Positions 27,440 through 35,594 of a stretch of DNA of 64,000 nucleotides are shown one piece after another. The position numbers were made by a program, and so were the translations under genes. Source of the stretch: an uncultured Aliiroseovarius sp. (GTDB lineage: Bacteria > Pseudomonadota > Alphaproteobacteria > Rhodobacterales > Rhodobacteraceae); NCBI GenBank assembly GCA_964550345.1, contig CAZJYZ010000009.1, positions 16,424-80,423 of the forward strand. The letters are read 5' to 3'. Below the pieces are notes generated by a model that did no database searches, was not told the origin of the DNA, and worked only from the letters and a program-made list of their open reading frames with translations. Numbering within the stretch: position 1 is the stretch's first letter; each line of letters opens with the position of its first letter.

Positions 27440-27781
27440 TTAGAAGTATGCCTTCATCTCGAAGACTTCGACACCAGTTTCCGCCACGGCAGCGCGGGCT
27501 TTCGGGCCATCTTCTTCCGCCACCCAGATGGTGCCGTGATAGGGCTCAACTGACGAAACAGCTTTGTAGATCACCTTGGCGCCAGATGCAGCAATGGCTT
27601 TATCGGCCTTCTCATAGTCACCGCTCTGGAAATCAACACGGATCGGGTCACCCCAGATAGTGCCCACATTGGCTTTGGCAAGGACTTCGTCAGGGTCCGG
27701 GATATACTGACCGCCATAAGACGCCACGCGCTCGGTCGAGGTTTTGCTTTCGTCGTAGTAAATGCTTGCTTTACCAGTCAT
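27440..27781 (-). CDS. Hypothetical 113-aa protein, candidate third (gamma) subunit of the Mo enzyme
   Basis: ORF begins 9 nt after the beta gene stop. No Cys and no hydrophobic segment. No motif I recognise. Confidence 0.55.
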   Translation of the reverse strand: MTGKASIYYDESKTSTERVASYGGQYIPDPDEVLAKANVGTIWGDPIRVDFQSGDYEKADKAIAASGAKVIYKAVSSVEPYHGTIWVAEEDGPKARAAVAETGVEVFEMKAYF

Positions 27782-27790
27782 TTTTCTCTC

Positions 27791-28441
27791 CTAGCGGGTC
27801 ACGGGCATGCCGGTCGGCAGGTGAGCCACTTCAGCATTGTGTTGTTTCGAGTAACGCTCACGGATGATCGTCGAGATCTCGTTGATATTACCAAAATAGA
27901 GGCAATGCGTGGTGCACTTAGTGGCACAGGACGGCCACAGGCCGCGGTCCACCCGGTGTACACAGTAAGAACACTTGATCACCGTTTTGGTCTGCGGATT
28001 GTATTGTGGCGCACCGAAGGGGCAACCGCCAATACAGGCCTTACAACCGATGCAGATGTCCTGATTAACGTCCACCAGACCATCAGCACGCTGGTTCATC
28101 GCACCTGTCGGGCAAACCGCCACACAGGGCGCATCCTGACAATGGAAGCACGACATCGCAACAAAAGCAGTCTTGAGCTTGCCGGCCGAAACCTTGGGCC
28201 CGATCTGCACGATCCGCATCAGACGCGGGCCTACGGGTACATCGTTTTCAAGTTTACAATGCACTTCGCAGGAATAGCAGCCAATGCAGCGATCCGCGTC
28301 GTGAAACAAGGTGTAATGCGCCGAAGGTGTCGGACCTACCGCTGGTAAAGTCCGCGCCGCATCGTGGCCAGCCACCTGAGAATACTCATTTTTGTGGCCG
28401 ATTGTGTTGGACATGAAGTCCTTGCTTGATTGCTCTCCCAT
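27791..28441 (-). CDS. 4x[4Fe-4S] ferredoxin-type electron-transfer (beta) subunit, DmsB/PsrB-like
   Basis: Four cysteine groups: CIGCYSCEVHC, CFHCQDAPCVAVCP, CIGCKACIGGCP and CSYCVHR...CATKCTTHC. 216 aa. 4 nt downstream of alpha. Confidence 0.85.
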   Translation of the reverse strand: MGEQSSKDFMSNTIGHKNEYSQVAGHDAARTLPAVGPTPSAHYTLFHDADRCIGCYSCEVHCKLENDVPVGPRLMRIVQIGPKVSAGKLKTAFVAMSCFHCQDAPCVAVCPTGAMNQRADGLVDVNQDICIGCKACIGGCPFGAPQYNPQTKTVIKCSYCVHRVDRGLWPSCATKCTTHCLYFGNINEISTIIRERYSKQHNAEVAHLPTGMPVTR

Positions 28442-28445
28442 GATC

Positions 28446-30992
28446 CTACGCAGCTCCTTTCGCAGCCTGGCGCTTGGCCAGAACTTTTTCGATCAGATTG
28501 CCGGTCTCGTATTCCTGACCGTCATAGATGACTTTGCCTTTTTCCTTGTCCCAGGTCGGCGCGCCACCTTGGGCGACACCATCCTGATACTGGCCAAATT
28601 CATAGTCTTTGACCGGGTAATCAGACATCGGGTCAACGATCGAGTGGATCATTTTGACCGCTTTTTCCTTGTCATCACCCTTCTTACGGATCGAGATCAG
28701 CTGCGCCTTGAATTCCGGCTGGTTGTAGACCGGATCCTTGACGATATCGTCGATCAGGTAACTGACGTTCCGGTTGGTGATACCAGGCACGAAGGGCTGA
28801 TATTCATCGGTTGACGCTGGCACCCAGATTTCGCGCGGGTCAGTCTCTTCGGTGACCCAGGCAAAGCTTTCGATCTCGGCGCGTTTGCTTTCCAGCACCA
28901 CGACGTCACCGTCCCGGATGCCAAGCGCATTAGCCAGACGCGGGTGGATTTGTGCAAACTTCTCGGGCTCGAGTTCGTCCGTCCATGGCCACCAGTGGCC
29001 CATTTCGTGGAACGAAGACACCAGACGACCGGTACACAGAACCAGCGGGTAATCCTTGAACTCTTCCGGAGCCGAAACGGCTGTGTGCGCCCCTTCGCGG
29101 TGTTGCGGCAGACGGTCCCAACCCAGCTCTTCAAGTGGGCGCGAGGCACATTCGATTTTGCCGGTTTCTGTCGGGAAACGCTTGTCCGAACCCGGATAGG
29201 TTTCGCCTTCTTTGTACATGATCCACTTACCGCGAATTTTGGCATCGTCCGTTTCGAACGTCATCGCCTCTTTTTCGGTCTGTGCGGGCCACATAACACC
29301 GCCCGGAGGCGTTGTTTCCGGGTCCATCGTCTCTTTGGTGATCCCGGCTGTCATCGGCTCTTGCTTGTTGAAGAATGTCACCCATGCCGGAAGGTCGGCG
29401 CGGCCGCGGCTGTCGCGGAACGGGAAGTATTCACCCAGACCAACACGGTCAGCAATGCCACAAACAACGTCCACGTCGTTACGGCATTCCCAGTTCTCAT
29501 CGATGGCTTTGTTATACCATTGGTTCAGACGGTTGTTACCGTGGTGAACCTGCCCTTCACGCTCAACCCAGGAAGTGATCGGGAAGGCAACGTGAGCGTG
29601 GTGGTATGTGAAGTTCGGGTGCCACGACATGTGGATCGCGATGTCGATATTGGCTTTCATCCCGGCCGAATACTTGTTGGTATTAGGCATCTGCGCCAGC
29701 ATGTTGCCGTTCCACCAAACCGCACGGATCGGGTAAGGCTTCTGGGTCAGGATTGCATTCGGGAAGCTTGACGCCGAAATATCCAGCCACGGCACCAGTT
29801 TATCAGTGATCGGCGGGCGTGCACCGCCACGGTTAGGCAGATCCAGCGCTTCTTCGTCGATACCGTAACCGGCAGCTGCCGCATCAATCTGGGCGTCCAG
29901 ATCTTCACGAGCGTAGCCAGCCAGATCAAGGCCGGGATTATCAGGCGGACGGCAATTGTGCAGCCAGTTCACGCCGCCACCCTCGATCCCGACATTGCCG
30001 GTGATCGCAGCCAGAAGCTGGTAGGTACGGTTGATGTTGTTGGAGTTATAGGTCTGTGCTGTCCCCAGACAGCCAGTCATCGAAGCGGGCTTGGCCATCG
30101 CAAAGGCGCGAGCGGCTTCAATGATGGTTTCTTTCGGAACCCAAGTGATACGCTCAGCGCGTTCCGGCGGCATGTCGTTGATGATCGGCATCCACTCGTC
30201 CAGACCGGCGACATTGGCCTTGATAAAGGCGTCGTCCTGCAGGCCTTCGGAAAGGATCACGTTGATCATCGCCAGAGCAAGGGCAGCGTCGGTGTTCGGA
30301 CGCAGGCGCATGGCGATATCCGCCTTGGCCATGGTCGAGTTGAAACGCGGGTCGATCACGATGATGGTCGCGCCGTTTTCCTTGGCGTTCAGCAGCCAGT
30401 TGGCTGTGGTCACCTCGGATGCGGCCATGTTTGAACCAGCAACCAGGATACATTTCGAGTTGACCCAGTCCATGGTCGGGTTGGTCAGGCGGAACAGCTC
30501 TTTCGCGCCCCATGTGTAGTTGCCGGCAATGCCCGGGCTCTCACAGCAGATCGGGCCCTGCCCCACAACGTTGGGTGTGCCCCAAAGCTTGGAAAAGCGC
30601 TTGGCGCCCATTTTCCAGTTATAGTCAGAACGGCCGGTACGGTGGATCATCAGTGCTTCGGGACCGTACTTTTCACGCACCTTCAAAAGCCGCTCGGCAG
30701 TGAAGTCCAGCGCGTCGTCCCATGATACCCGCTGGAAATCGTCATCCAGCGTTTTGCGGATCATCGGGTATTTCACCCGCAGAGGGTTATAGATGTGCTG
30801 GAATGAACCCGTACCCTTACAGCACAAGGCGCCGTAAGCGTTCGGGTTGCGTGTATCACCCATGATATCAACGACGCGGCCATCCTTGACATAAACAAGC
30901 ATACCACACGAAGATTCGCATTGGTTGTTACAGTTCGTAGCGACGACGCGGTCATAATCGCGCGTTGACTCGTCCAGTGGTCTTAACGACAT
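28446..30992 (-). CDS. Molybdopterin (Mo/W-bisPGD) oxidoreductase catalytic (alpha) subunit, DMSO-reductase superfamily; cytoplasmic, substrate unknown
   Basis: N-terminal FS0 motif NCNNQCESSCG...CCKG. Candidate Cys metal ligand in GQGPICCESPG. Molybdopterin and C-terminal dinucleotide-binding domains. The N-terminus MSLRPLDESTRDYDRVV has no twin-arginine leader. About 90 extra C-terminal residues. Confidence 0.85.
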   Translation of the reverse strand: MSLRPLDESTRDYDRVVATNCNNQCESSCGMLVYVKDGRVVDIMGDTRNPNAYGALCCKGTGSFQHIYNPLRVKYPMIRKTLDDDFQRVSWDDALDFTAERLLKVREKYGPEALMIHRTGRSDYNWKMGAKRFSKLWGTPNVVGQGPICCESPGIAGNYTWGAKELFRLTNPTMDWVNSKCILVAGSNMAASEVTTANWLLNAKENGATIIVIDPRFNSTMAKADIAMRLRPNTDAALALAMINVILSEGLQDDAFIKANVAGLDEWMPIINDMPPERAERITWVPKETIIEAARAFAMAKPASMTGCLGTAQTYNSNNINRTYQLLAAITGNVGIEGGGVNWLHNCRPPDNPGLDLAGYAREDLDAQIDAAAAGYGIDEEALDLPNRGGARPPITDKLVPWLDISASSFPNAILTQKPYPIRAVWWNGNMLAQMPNTNKYSAGMKANIDIAIHMSWHPNFTYHHAHVAFPITSWVEREGQVHHGNNRLNQWYNKAIDENWECRNDVDVVCGIADRVGLGEYFPFRDSRGRADLPAWVTFFNKQEPMTAGITKETMDPETTPPGGVMWPAQTEKEAMTFETDDAKIRGKWIMYKEGETYPGSDKRFPTETGKIECASRPLEELGWDRLPQHREGAHTAVSAPEEFKDYPLVLCTGRLVSSFHEMGHWWPWTDELEPEKFAQIHPRLANALGIRDGDVVVLESKRAEIESFAWVTEETDPREIWVPASTDEYQPFVPGITNRNVSYLIDDIVKDPVYNQPEFKAQLISIRKKGDDKEKAVKMIHSIVDPMSDYPVKDYEFGQYQDGVAQGGAPTWDKEKGKVIYDGQEYETGNLIEKVLAKRQAAKGAA

Positions 30993-31049
30993 CGGCGTTC
31001 TCCCATATTATTAGTTGCCACCGGTTTATCCGGAATTCCAAATATTGAA

Positions 31050-31083
31050 AAGTGTCAAATTCGATTTTTTGCAAGTGTCAAAT
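31050..31083 (-). promoter_or_regulatory. Direct repeat AAGTGTCAAAT x2 (23-bp register) just upstream of the alpha gene; candidate promoter or regulator site
   Basis: Identical 11-mers at 31050-31060 and 31073-31083. On the coding (minus) strand each reads ATTTGACACTT and contains TTGACA. They sit in the 102-bp gap between the 82-aa gene and alpha. Confidence 0.35.
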
Positions 31084-31094
31084 CGGCGCAGGCC

Positions 31095-31343
31095 CTATTT
31101 TTCCTGATCATTTCCATCAGGAATAGTCACCGGGTTAACCATCAGCACTAGGAAAGACTCGGCGCGCTTGATCCATTCTTCACGGTCCGGAACATAGCCA
31201 TCATTGCCTGAAAGCCGGATTAAATTGCGGTTCTCATTGACCCAATCTTTCCATTCTTCATCCGGCACGTCCCAGGCCTCGGCCTGCGCGCGGCGGATCA
31301 GCTCGACCTCTTCGGCCATGTCATCTTTAGTAAATGTGAACAT
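31095..31343 (-). CDS. Hypothetical acidic, Trp-rich 82-aa protein
   Basis: ORF lies 7 nt downstream of the MBL-fold gene on the same strand. No recognisable motif. Confidence 0.45.
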   Translation of the reverse strand: MFTFTKDDMAEEVELIRRAQAEAWDVPDEEWKDWVNENRNLIRLSGNDGYVPDREEWIKRAESFLVLMVNPVTIPDGNDQEK

Positions 31344-31350
31344 GTCTTTA

Positions 31351-32007
31351 CTAATATTTATGAGCCATGACCATCAAAGTGGTCGTTTCCGGCAGGTTAT
31401 CGGTGGTGAGTTCCAACGTGTCTGGACCCTCTTCCACCACCTCAAACAACTTAGAGAAGCTTTCTACCCCGTCAAGTGGGGCATCGATTCGGTCTGTTTT
31501 GTAGTGCATGGGAATAACGACCTTCGGCTTCAGCTGTTCGACAATTCGATACGCACCTTCGGCATCTACAGTCGAGCCACCACCGCATGGCACCAGCAGC
31601 ACATCAACCCTGCCAAGTTCGGCCAGTTGCTCATCCGTAAGCGCGTGCCCGATATCGCCCATATGCGCCACATCAAGACCATCAATACCGAAACTGAAGG
31701 CCGTGTTGTCACCACGCTCGGCCCCCTCAACCTCATCATGCCAGGTTTTGACACCGTTCACATGGATGTTTTGCACCCAGAACCTGCCATAACCGCGGAT
31801 AAATGCCGGATTGCCTGAGATGGTATTGAAACCAAAGTGCCCATCGTGCCTGTGCGACACGAAAATCGCATCACATTGCTCGCGGATTGGCAGGTAATTC
31901 AGCTCCCCGTTCCAGGCGCCCGGGATATATGGATCAAACAGCAAACGAACCAATCCGTCATTTGATTCCAAAAGAAAGGCTGAATGGCCACACCAGGTGA
32001 TTTTCAT
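31351..32007 (-). CDS. MBL-fold metallo-hydrolase (COG2220/UlaG-like)
   Basis: KITWCGHSAFLLE...LLFDPY...FVSHRHDGHF...IPMHY. The metal motif reads H-x-H-D-x-H rather than the canonical H-x-H-x-D-H. Confidence 0.7.
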   Translation of the reverse strand: MKITWCGHSAFLLESNDGLVRLLFDPYIPGAWNGELNYLPIREQCDAIFVSHRHDGHFGFNTISGNPAFIRGYGRFWVQNIHVNGVKTWHDEVEGAERGDNTAFSFGIDGLDVAHMGDIGHALTDEQLAELGRVDVLLVPCGGGSTVDAEGAYRIVEQLKPKVVIPMHYKTDRIDAPLDGVESFSKLFEVVEEGPDTLELTTDNLPETTTLMVMAHKY

Positions 32008-32176
32008 GTCTTACTCCAATTCCTTTCGCCATACCTATTTTGGATGGCCAGTTTGCGAGACTTATGAATTCGTATTTCGTAATTTGTCAACGTGACGAAG
32101 TTTCAAAGCTAATGCGACACATAAACCTCCGCCGCCCCCCTGCGCTGGCAAAATCGCTGACGCGTTCACATTTCAC

Positions 32177-32206
32177 TTGACTACTGGAACGTTCCAAAAG
32201 TATACA
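32177..32206 (+). promoter_or_regulatory. Candidate sigma70 promoter of the 32251 operon
   Basis: TTGACT (32177-32182), an 18-nt spacer, then TATACA (32201-32206). The spacer contains the first palindromic operator. Confidence 0.4.
32185..32196. promoter_or_regulatory. Perfect 12-bp palindrome TGGAACGTTCCA (operator 1, LacI-type with central CG)
   Basis: Read directly. Lies between the putative -35 and -10 elements. Confidence 0.55.
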
Positions 32207-32215
32207 CAACACAAC

Positions 32216-32227
32216 TGGAACGTTCCA
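32216..32227. promoter_or_regulatory. Perfect 12-bp palindrome TGGAACGTTCCA (operator 2)
   Basis: Identical second copy 31 bp centre-to-centre from the first and 24 nt upstream of the ATG at 32251. Confidence 0.55.
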
Positions 32228-32250
32228 ATATTCCAGATCAGGGGGAAAAT

Positions 32251-33252
32251 ATGAACTGGGGACTTATCGGAGCCAGCACTATTGCGGCTCAGCACATGAT
32301 CGCGGCAATCCGCAGTCAGCCCGGGCAGGAGGTGACAAACGTCCTTAGCTCCAACGCCAAGCGCGGTGCGGAGTTTGCCAAGAAGCACCGGATTGCAGGC
32401 TCGACCACGTCACTTGAAGAACTGCTGGCGGATGCCAGCGTCGAAGCGGTCTATATTTCAACAACCAACGATTTGCATTTTCCACAGGCGATGGCAGCCA
32501 TCGCTGCGGGCAAACATGTGCTTTGTGAAAAGCCATTAGCGATAAATGTCGCGGATGCCGTGACCATTGTCAGGGCGGCCGAAAATGCAGGTGTCACTTT
32601 TGCAACCAATCATCATCTGCGCAATGCTGGCTCTCACCTGAAAATCCGGGAGTTGATCCAGACAGGCCGGATTGGTGACGTACTAAGCATCCGAATTTTC
32701 CACGCTGTCATGTTGCCGGAAAATCTGCAGGGCTGGCGCATCAACAACGCCGCTGCCGGTGGTGGGGTCATCCCCGATATCACCGTGCATGACGCGGACA
32801 CGGTTCGCTTTTATCTGGGCGAAGATCCGGCCGAGGTTGTGGCAATCGACCATGCCGGAACCCTTGGTCAGGGGGTCGAAGACAGCGCCATGTCGGTCTG
32901 GTCCATGCCATCGGGTGTCATGGTTCAGTCACACGAAAGCTTCACCCATCCCCATGCAGGGACCGGTATTGAAGTTCACGGAACAGATGGTTCGATTTTT
33001 GGGCGGGGGGTGATGACCCAGCAGCCGACCGGGCAGCTTGAACTTCGAACATCGGATGGAACCGAACAGATTAGTTTCAGCGATCACGACCTTTATGCCC
33101 GCTCTGTGCGCTTGTTCGTCGGTGCGGTCGAGGGCAAAGGCAGCCCAGCTGCAGACGGAATTGATGGTGTGAAATCCCTAGCCGTCGCCGAGGCCGTCAA
33201 GCAAGCGGCCGAAACCGGTCGCCGCGTTGCTGTAGATTACGGAGGGGTCTGA
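32251..33252 (+). CDS. Gfo/Idh/MocA-family NAD(P)-dependent oxidoreductase
   Basis: N-terminal Rossmann MNWGLIGASTIAAQHMI, and the EKPLA motif (VLCEKPLAINV). Confidence 0.85.
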   Translation: MNWGLIGASTIAAQHMIAAIRSQPGQEVTNVLSSNAKRGAEFAKKHRIAGSTTSLEELLADASVEAVYISTTNDLHFPQAMAAIAAGKHVLCEKPLAINVADAVTIVRAAENAGVTFATNHHLRNAGSHLKIRELIQTGRIGDVLSIRIFHAVMLPENLQGWRINNAAAGGGVIPDITVHDADTVRFYLGEDPAEVVAIDHAGTLGQGVEDSAMSVWSMPSGVMVQSHESFTHPHAGTGIEVHGTDGSIFGRGVMTQQPTGQLELRTSDGTEQISFSDHDLYARSVRLFVGAVEGKGSPAADGIDGVKSLAVAEAVKQAAETGRRVAVDYGGV

Positions 33253-33254
33253 AC

Positions 33255-34826
33255 GTGTCCAAAGTGGTTTCTGCAGCGGATGCAAGTGCGCGGATCAAGG
33301 ATGGCGACGTTGTCACGGTATCCTCGTCCTCCGGGCTGGGTTGCCCGGACCTTGTTCTGAAGGAACTGGGCGCGCGGTTTGAGGCCGAAGGGCATCCACG
33401 CAACCTGACCACTCTACACCCGATCGCCGCCGGCGATATGTATGGCATCAAAGGCATGGACTACCTCGCGCAGGATGGCATGCTGGAATGTGTCATTGCG
33501 GGGTCTTACCCCTCAGGCCCATCTTCCAAACCCATGCCGGACATCTGGAAGATGATCGTCGAGAACCGGGTGAAAGCCTACAACGTGCCGTCCGGCATCC
33601 TTTTTGACATGCACCGCGACGTGGCGGCGCGCAAACCCGGCGTACTGACCAAAGTGGGGCTTAAAACCTTCGTCGACCCGATCCGCGAAGGCTGTGCCAT
33701 GAATGACAGCGCAGCAAGTACGCCCATCGTTCATCGCCACGAAATGCATGGCGAGACATGGCTGCATTTTCCCAACATCATCCCGAATGTGGCGATTATC
33801 CGGGGCACGACATCGGACGAGAATGGCAACCTGACTTATGAGCACGAAGGGGCCTATCTGGGCGGGCTGGATCAGGCAATCGCAGTGCGCAACCACGGCG
33901 GGCTGGTAATTGCGCAGGTCAAGCGGGTCACAAAAGCAGGCTCTCTGCGTCCGCATGATGTTCATGTACCGGGGCACCTCGTGGACTTGATCGTGGTCGA
34001 CCCGGATCAAAAACAAACGACCGAGACAGACTATGACCCGGCCATTTCCGGTGCGATCATGCGTGGGTGGGAAAGTTTCCATCTGGCTGAACACAACATG
34101 GAGAAAGTCATCGCCCGGCGCGCCGCGATGGAATTGCGCCGAGGCCAAACCGCCAATCTTGGCTTTGGCATCTCGGCCATCGTGCCACGTATCCTTTTGG
34201 AAGAAGGACACGCGCAAGCCGTAACCTGGGCCATTGAGCAGGGCGCGGTTGGCGGCATGCCCCTGACCGGCTTTGCCTTTGGCTGCGCCTCAAATGCCGA
34301 CGGTTTTGTCCCCTCCCCTAACCAGTTCACCTATTTTCAGGGCGGCGGCTTTGATGTTTCCTTCTTGTCATTCCTCGAGGTGGACATTGACGGCAATGTC
34401 AACGTTTCTAAGCTGGGCAAAAAACCCTACCTGACCGCCGGATGTGGTGGTTTTGTCGACATCACGGCCCACGCAAAGAAAATCGTCTTCTCCGGGTTTT
34501 TTGAGGCCGGTGCCGGTCTCGAAATCACAGATCAGGGGCTGAATGTCACCACGCCGGGTAAGTTCACTAAGATGGTCGCCGCGGTTGAACACGTGACCTT
34601 CGCCGGACAGCGCGCGCGCAGGCTGGGGCAGGATGTGATTTACATCACAGAACGCTGTGTCATGCGTCTTGGTGACAACGGACTTATCGCTGTTGAGATC
34701 ATGCCCGGTATCGACCCGGAGCGCGACATCGTTCAGGCCTCAGAAGGTCGGGTACAGGTGGCGGATGATGCGACCCTGATGCCCATTTCGCTTTTGCAGG
34801 AAGAACCGATGGGGTTGCTTCTATGA
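33255..34826 (+). CDS. Family I acyl-CoA:acetate/3-ketoacid CoA-transferase (YdiF/Pct-like, fused alpha-beta)
   Basis: 523 aa. N-terminus VSAADASARIKDGDVVTVSSSSG. Fused two-domain layout with the IEQGAVGGMP region where the catalytic Glu is expected. Confidence 0.8.
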   Translation: MSKVVSAADASARIKDGDVVTVSSSSGLGCPDLVLKELGARFEAEGHPRNLTTLHPIAAGDMYGIKGMDYLAQDGMLECVIAGSYPSGPSSKPMPDIWKMIVENRVKAYNVPSGILFDMHRDVAARKPGVLTKVGLKTFVDPIREGCAMNDSAASTPIVHRHEMHGETWLHFPNIIPNVAIIRGTTSDENGNLTYEHEGAYLGGLDQAIAVRNHGGLVIAQVKRVTKAGSLRPHDVHVPGHLVDLIVVDPDQKQTTETDYDPAISGAIMRGWESFHLAEHNMEKVIARRAAMELRRGQTANLGFGISAIVPRILLEEGHAQAVTWAIEQGAVGGMPLTGFAFGCASNADGFVPSPNQFTYFQGGGFDVSFLSFLEVDIDGNVNVSKLGKKPYLTAGCGGFVDITAHAKKIVFSGFFEAGAGLEITDQGLNVTTPGKFTKMVAAVEHVTFAGQRARRLGQDVIYITERCVMRLGDNGLIAVEIMPGIDPERDIVQASEGRVQVADDATLMPISLLQEEPMGLLL

Positions 34827-35590
34827 GTGCGGTGCATCTTCATATGGATGGCCCGGTGGCCGAATTGCGGCTGGACAATCCCGCAAAGATGAACGCGTTG
34901 GATGTCGGGATGTTGGAGGCGATCGAAACGCATTGCGCCACGTTAGAACGAAACGGTGAAATACGCGCGGTTTTGCTGACTGCCGAGGGCGACAGGGCTT
35001 TTTGCACCGGCGCGGATATCGGCGCATGGGCAGACCTTGAACCCGCAGATTTCGCCCGCAACTGGGTGCGCGAAGGGCACCGGATTTTTGACCGGCTTGC
35101 CCAGCTTTCCAAGCCAACAATCGCGGTTCTGAATGGGCACGCTTTCGGTGGCGGTCTGGAACTGGCTGCAACTTGTGACATCCGGGTGATGCATCCCGCG
35201 GCAACCCTTGCCTTGCCGGAAACCGGGGTTGGTATCGTGCCGGGCTGGTCGGGCACCCAACGATTGGCCCGACTTATGCCCGAACCCATTCTCAAGGAAA
35301 TGGCGATCTTCGGTCGTCGCCTGTCAGCCCAGCGCGCATTTGATCTGGGTTTTGTAGCCGAAATATCTGAAACGCCGCGCGAGGCCGCTTTGGAAATCGC
35401 AAACCACACAAGCAAAACCAGCCCGCGGGCATCCGAAGTGGCGAAATACATGATCCATGCAGGTCAGGGTGAAAACAGCGCGGCCCTGATCGAAGCATTG
35501 GGCGGCGGTATGATCGGCGCGAGCGAAGACAAGGTCGAAGGCGTGGCCGCATTCCGGCAAAAACGCAAACCAGAATTCAAAGGGCGCTGA
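34823..35590 (+). CDS. Enoyl-CoA hydratase/isomerase (crotonase) family protein
   Basis: NPAKMNAL...AFCTGADIGAW...NGHAFGGGLELA are crotonase oxyanion-hole motifs. 4-nt overlap with the CoA-transferase gene. Confidence 0.85.
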   Translation: MSAVHLHMDGPVAELRLDNPAKMNALDVGMLEAIETHCATLERNGEIRAVLLTAEGDRAFCTGADIGAWADLEPADFARNWVREGHRIFDRLAQLSKPTIAVLNGHAFGGGLELAATCDIRVMHPAATLALPETGVGIVPGWSGTQRLARLMPEPILKEMAIFGRRLSAQRAFDLGFVAEISETPREAALEIANHTSKTSPRASEVAKYMIHAGQGENSAALIEALGGGMIGASEDKVEGVAAFRQKRKPEFKGR

Positions 35591-35594
35591 AGCA

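Noticed and set aside
28446-30992. Whether the Mo enzyme is SoeABC (cytoplasmic sulfite dehydrogenase), PsrABC/PhsABC, or a selenoprotein formate dehydrogenase.
   Set aside because: No NrfD/PsrC-type membrane subunit gene is present in the cluster. No Tat leader is present. There is no in-frame TGA at the ligand position, which is Cys-Cys instead. None of these assignments is supported, so the substrate is left open.
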